Position numbers and translations under genes: made by a program. Below are positions 57,180-57,387 of a stretch of 57,387 bases of DNA, piece after piece. The stretch is from Basidiobolus meristosporus CBS 931.73. Lineage: Eukaryota > Fungi > Basidiobolomycota. The notes under the pieces are model-generated. The model searched no databases and was not told the origin of the DNA. It worked only from the letters and a program-made list of their open reading frames with translations. The stretch is taken from positions 1 to 57,387 of the forward strand of contig MCFE01000565.1 in assembly GCA_002104905.1 (NCBI GenBank), in the 5' to 3' direction. The stretch's first letter is position 1. Every line of letters starts with the position of its first letter.

Positions 57180-57221
57180 TTAGGGTTAGGGTTAGGGCTA
57201 GGGTTAGGGTTAGGGTTAGGG

Positions 57222-57281
<60 letters not shown>

Positions 57282-57387
57282 GGTTAGGGTTAGGGTTAGG
57301 GTTAGGGTTAGGGTTAGGGTTAGGGTTAGGGTTAGGGTTAGGGTTAGGGTTAGGGTTAGGGTTAGGGTTAGGGTTAGGGTTAGGGTT
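57180..57387 (+). repeat. Telomere (TTAGGG)n, about 208 bp, with proximal variants (CTAGGG, 2x TTTAGGG)
   Basis: Continuous repeat to the end of the window. Confidence 0.99.

Overview
Right-hand chromosome end of a eukaryote. It looks like an early-diverging (zygomycete-grade) fungus, inferred from the TTAGGG telomere, short introns, a U12 intron, GH18/AA11 genes and an MBIP-like gene; a Basidiobolus-like identity is only a guess. There are three zones. (1) 1-5.9 kb: CpG-poor transposon debris (CACTA-like transposase pseudogene, nested Ty1/copia remnants). (2) About 6-40.4 kb: a CpG-rich gene island with class IV chitin synthase, MBIP-like, NF-YB (with an AT-AC intron), PP2A-C, fumarase, aldo-keto reductase, TMEM41-like, uL15m, a tRNA-like/C-D snoRNA unit, a C2-GYPP protein, Sec18/NSF, a kinase-less Cla4-like PH-CRIB protein, two GH18 chitinases, a PPR protein and an AA11 LPMO. 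(3) 40.5-57.4 kb: a CpG-poor subtelomere ending in (TTAGGG)n. The main discovery is in zone 3: eight co-oriented, head-to-tail retroelement 3' ends from four sequence types. Each is joined to the previous DNA through TTAG plus a variable G-run, and all share a double stem-loop with compensatory changes. They include APE-RT LINE-type elements and a non-coding tRNA-promoter SINE-like element. The arrangement suggests a poly(C)-ended LINE/SINE system that extends or heals chromosome ends together with telomerase. All calls are from manual reading and recalled family motifs; no searches were run.
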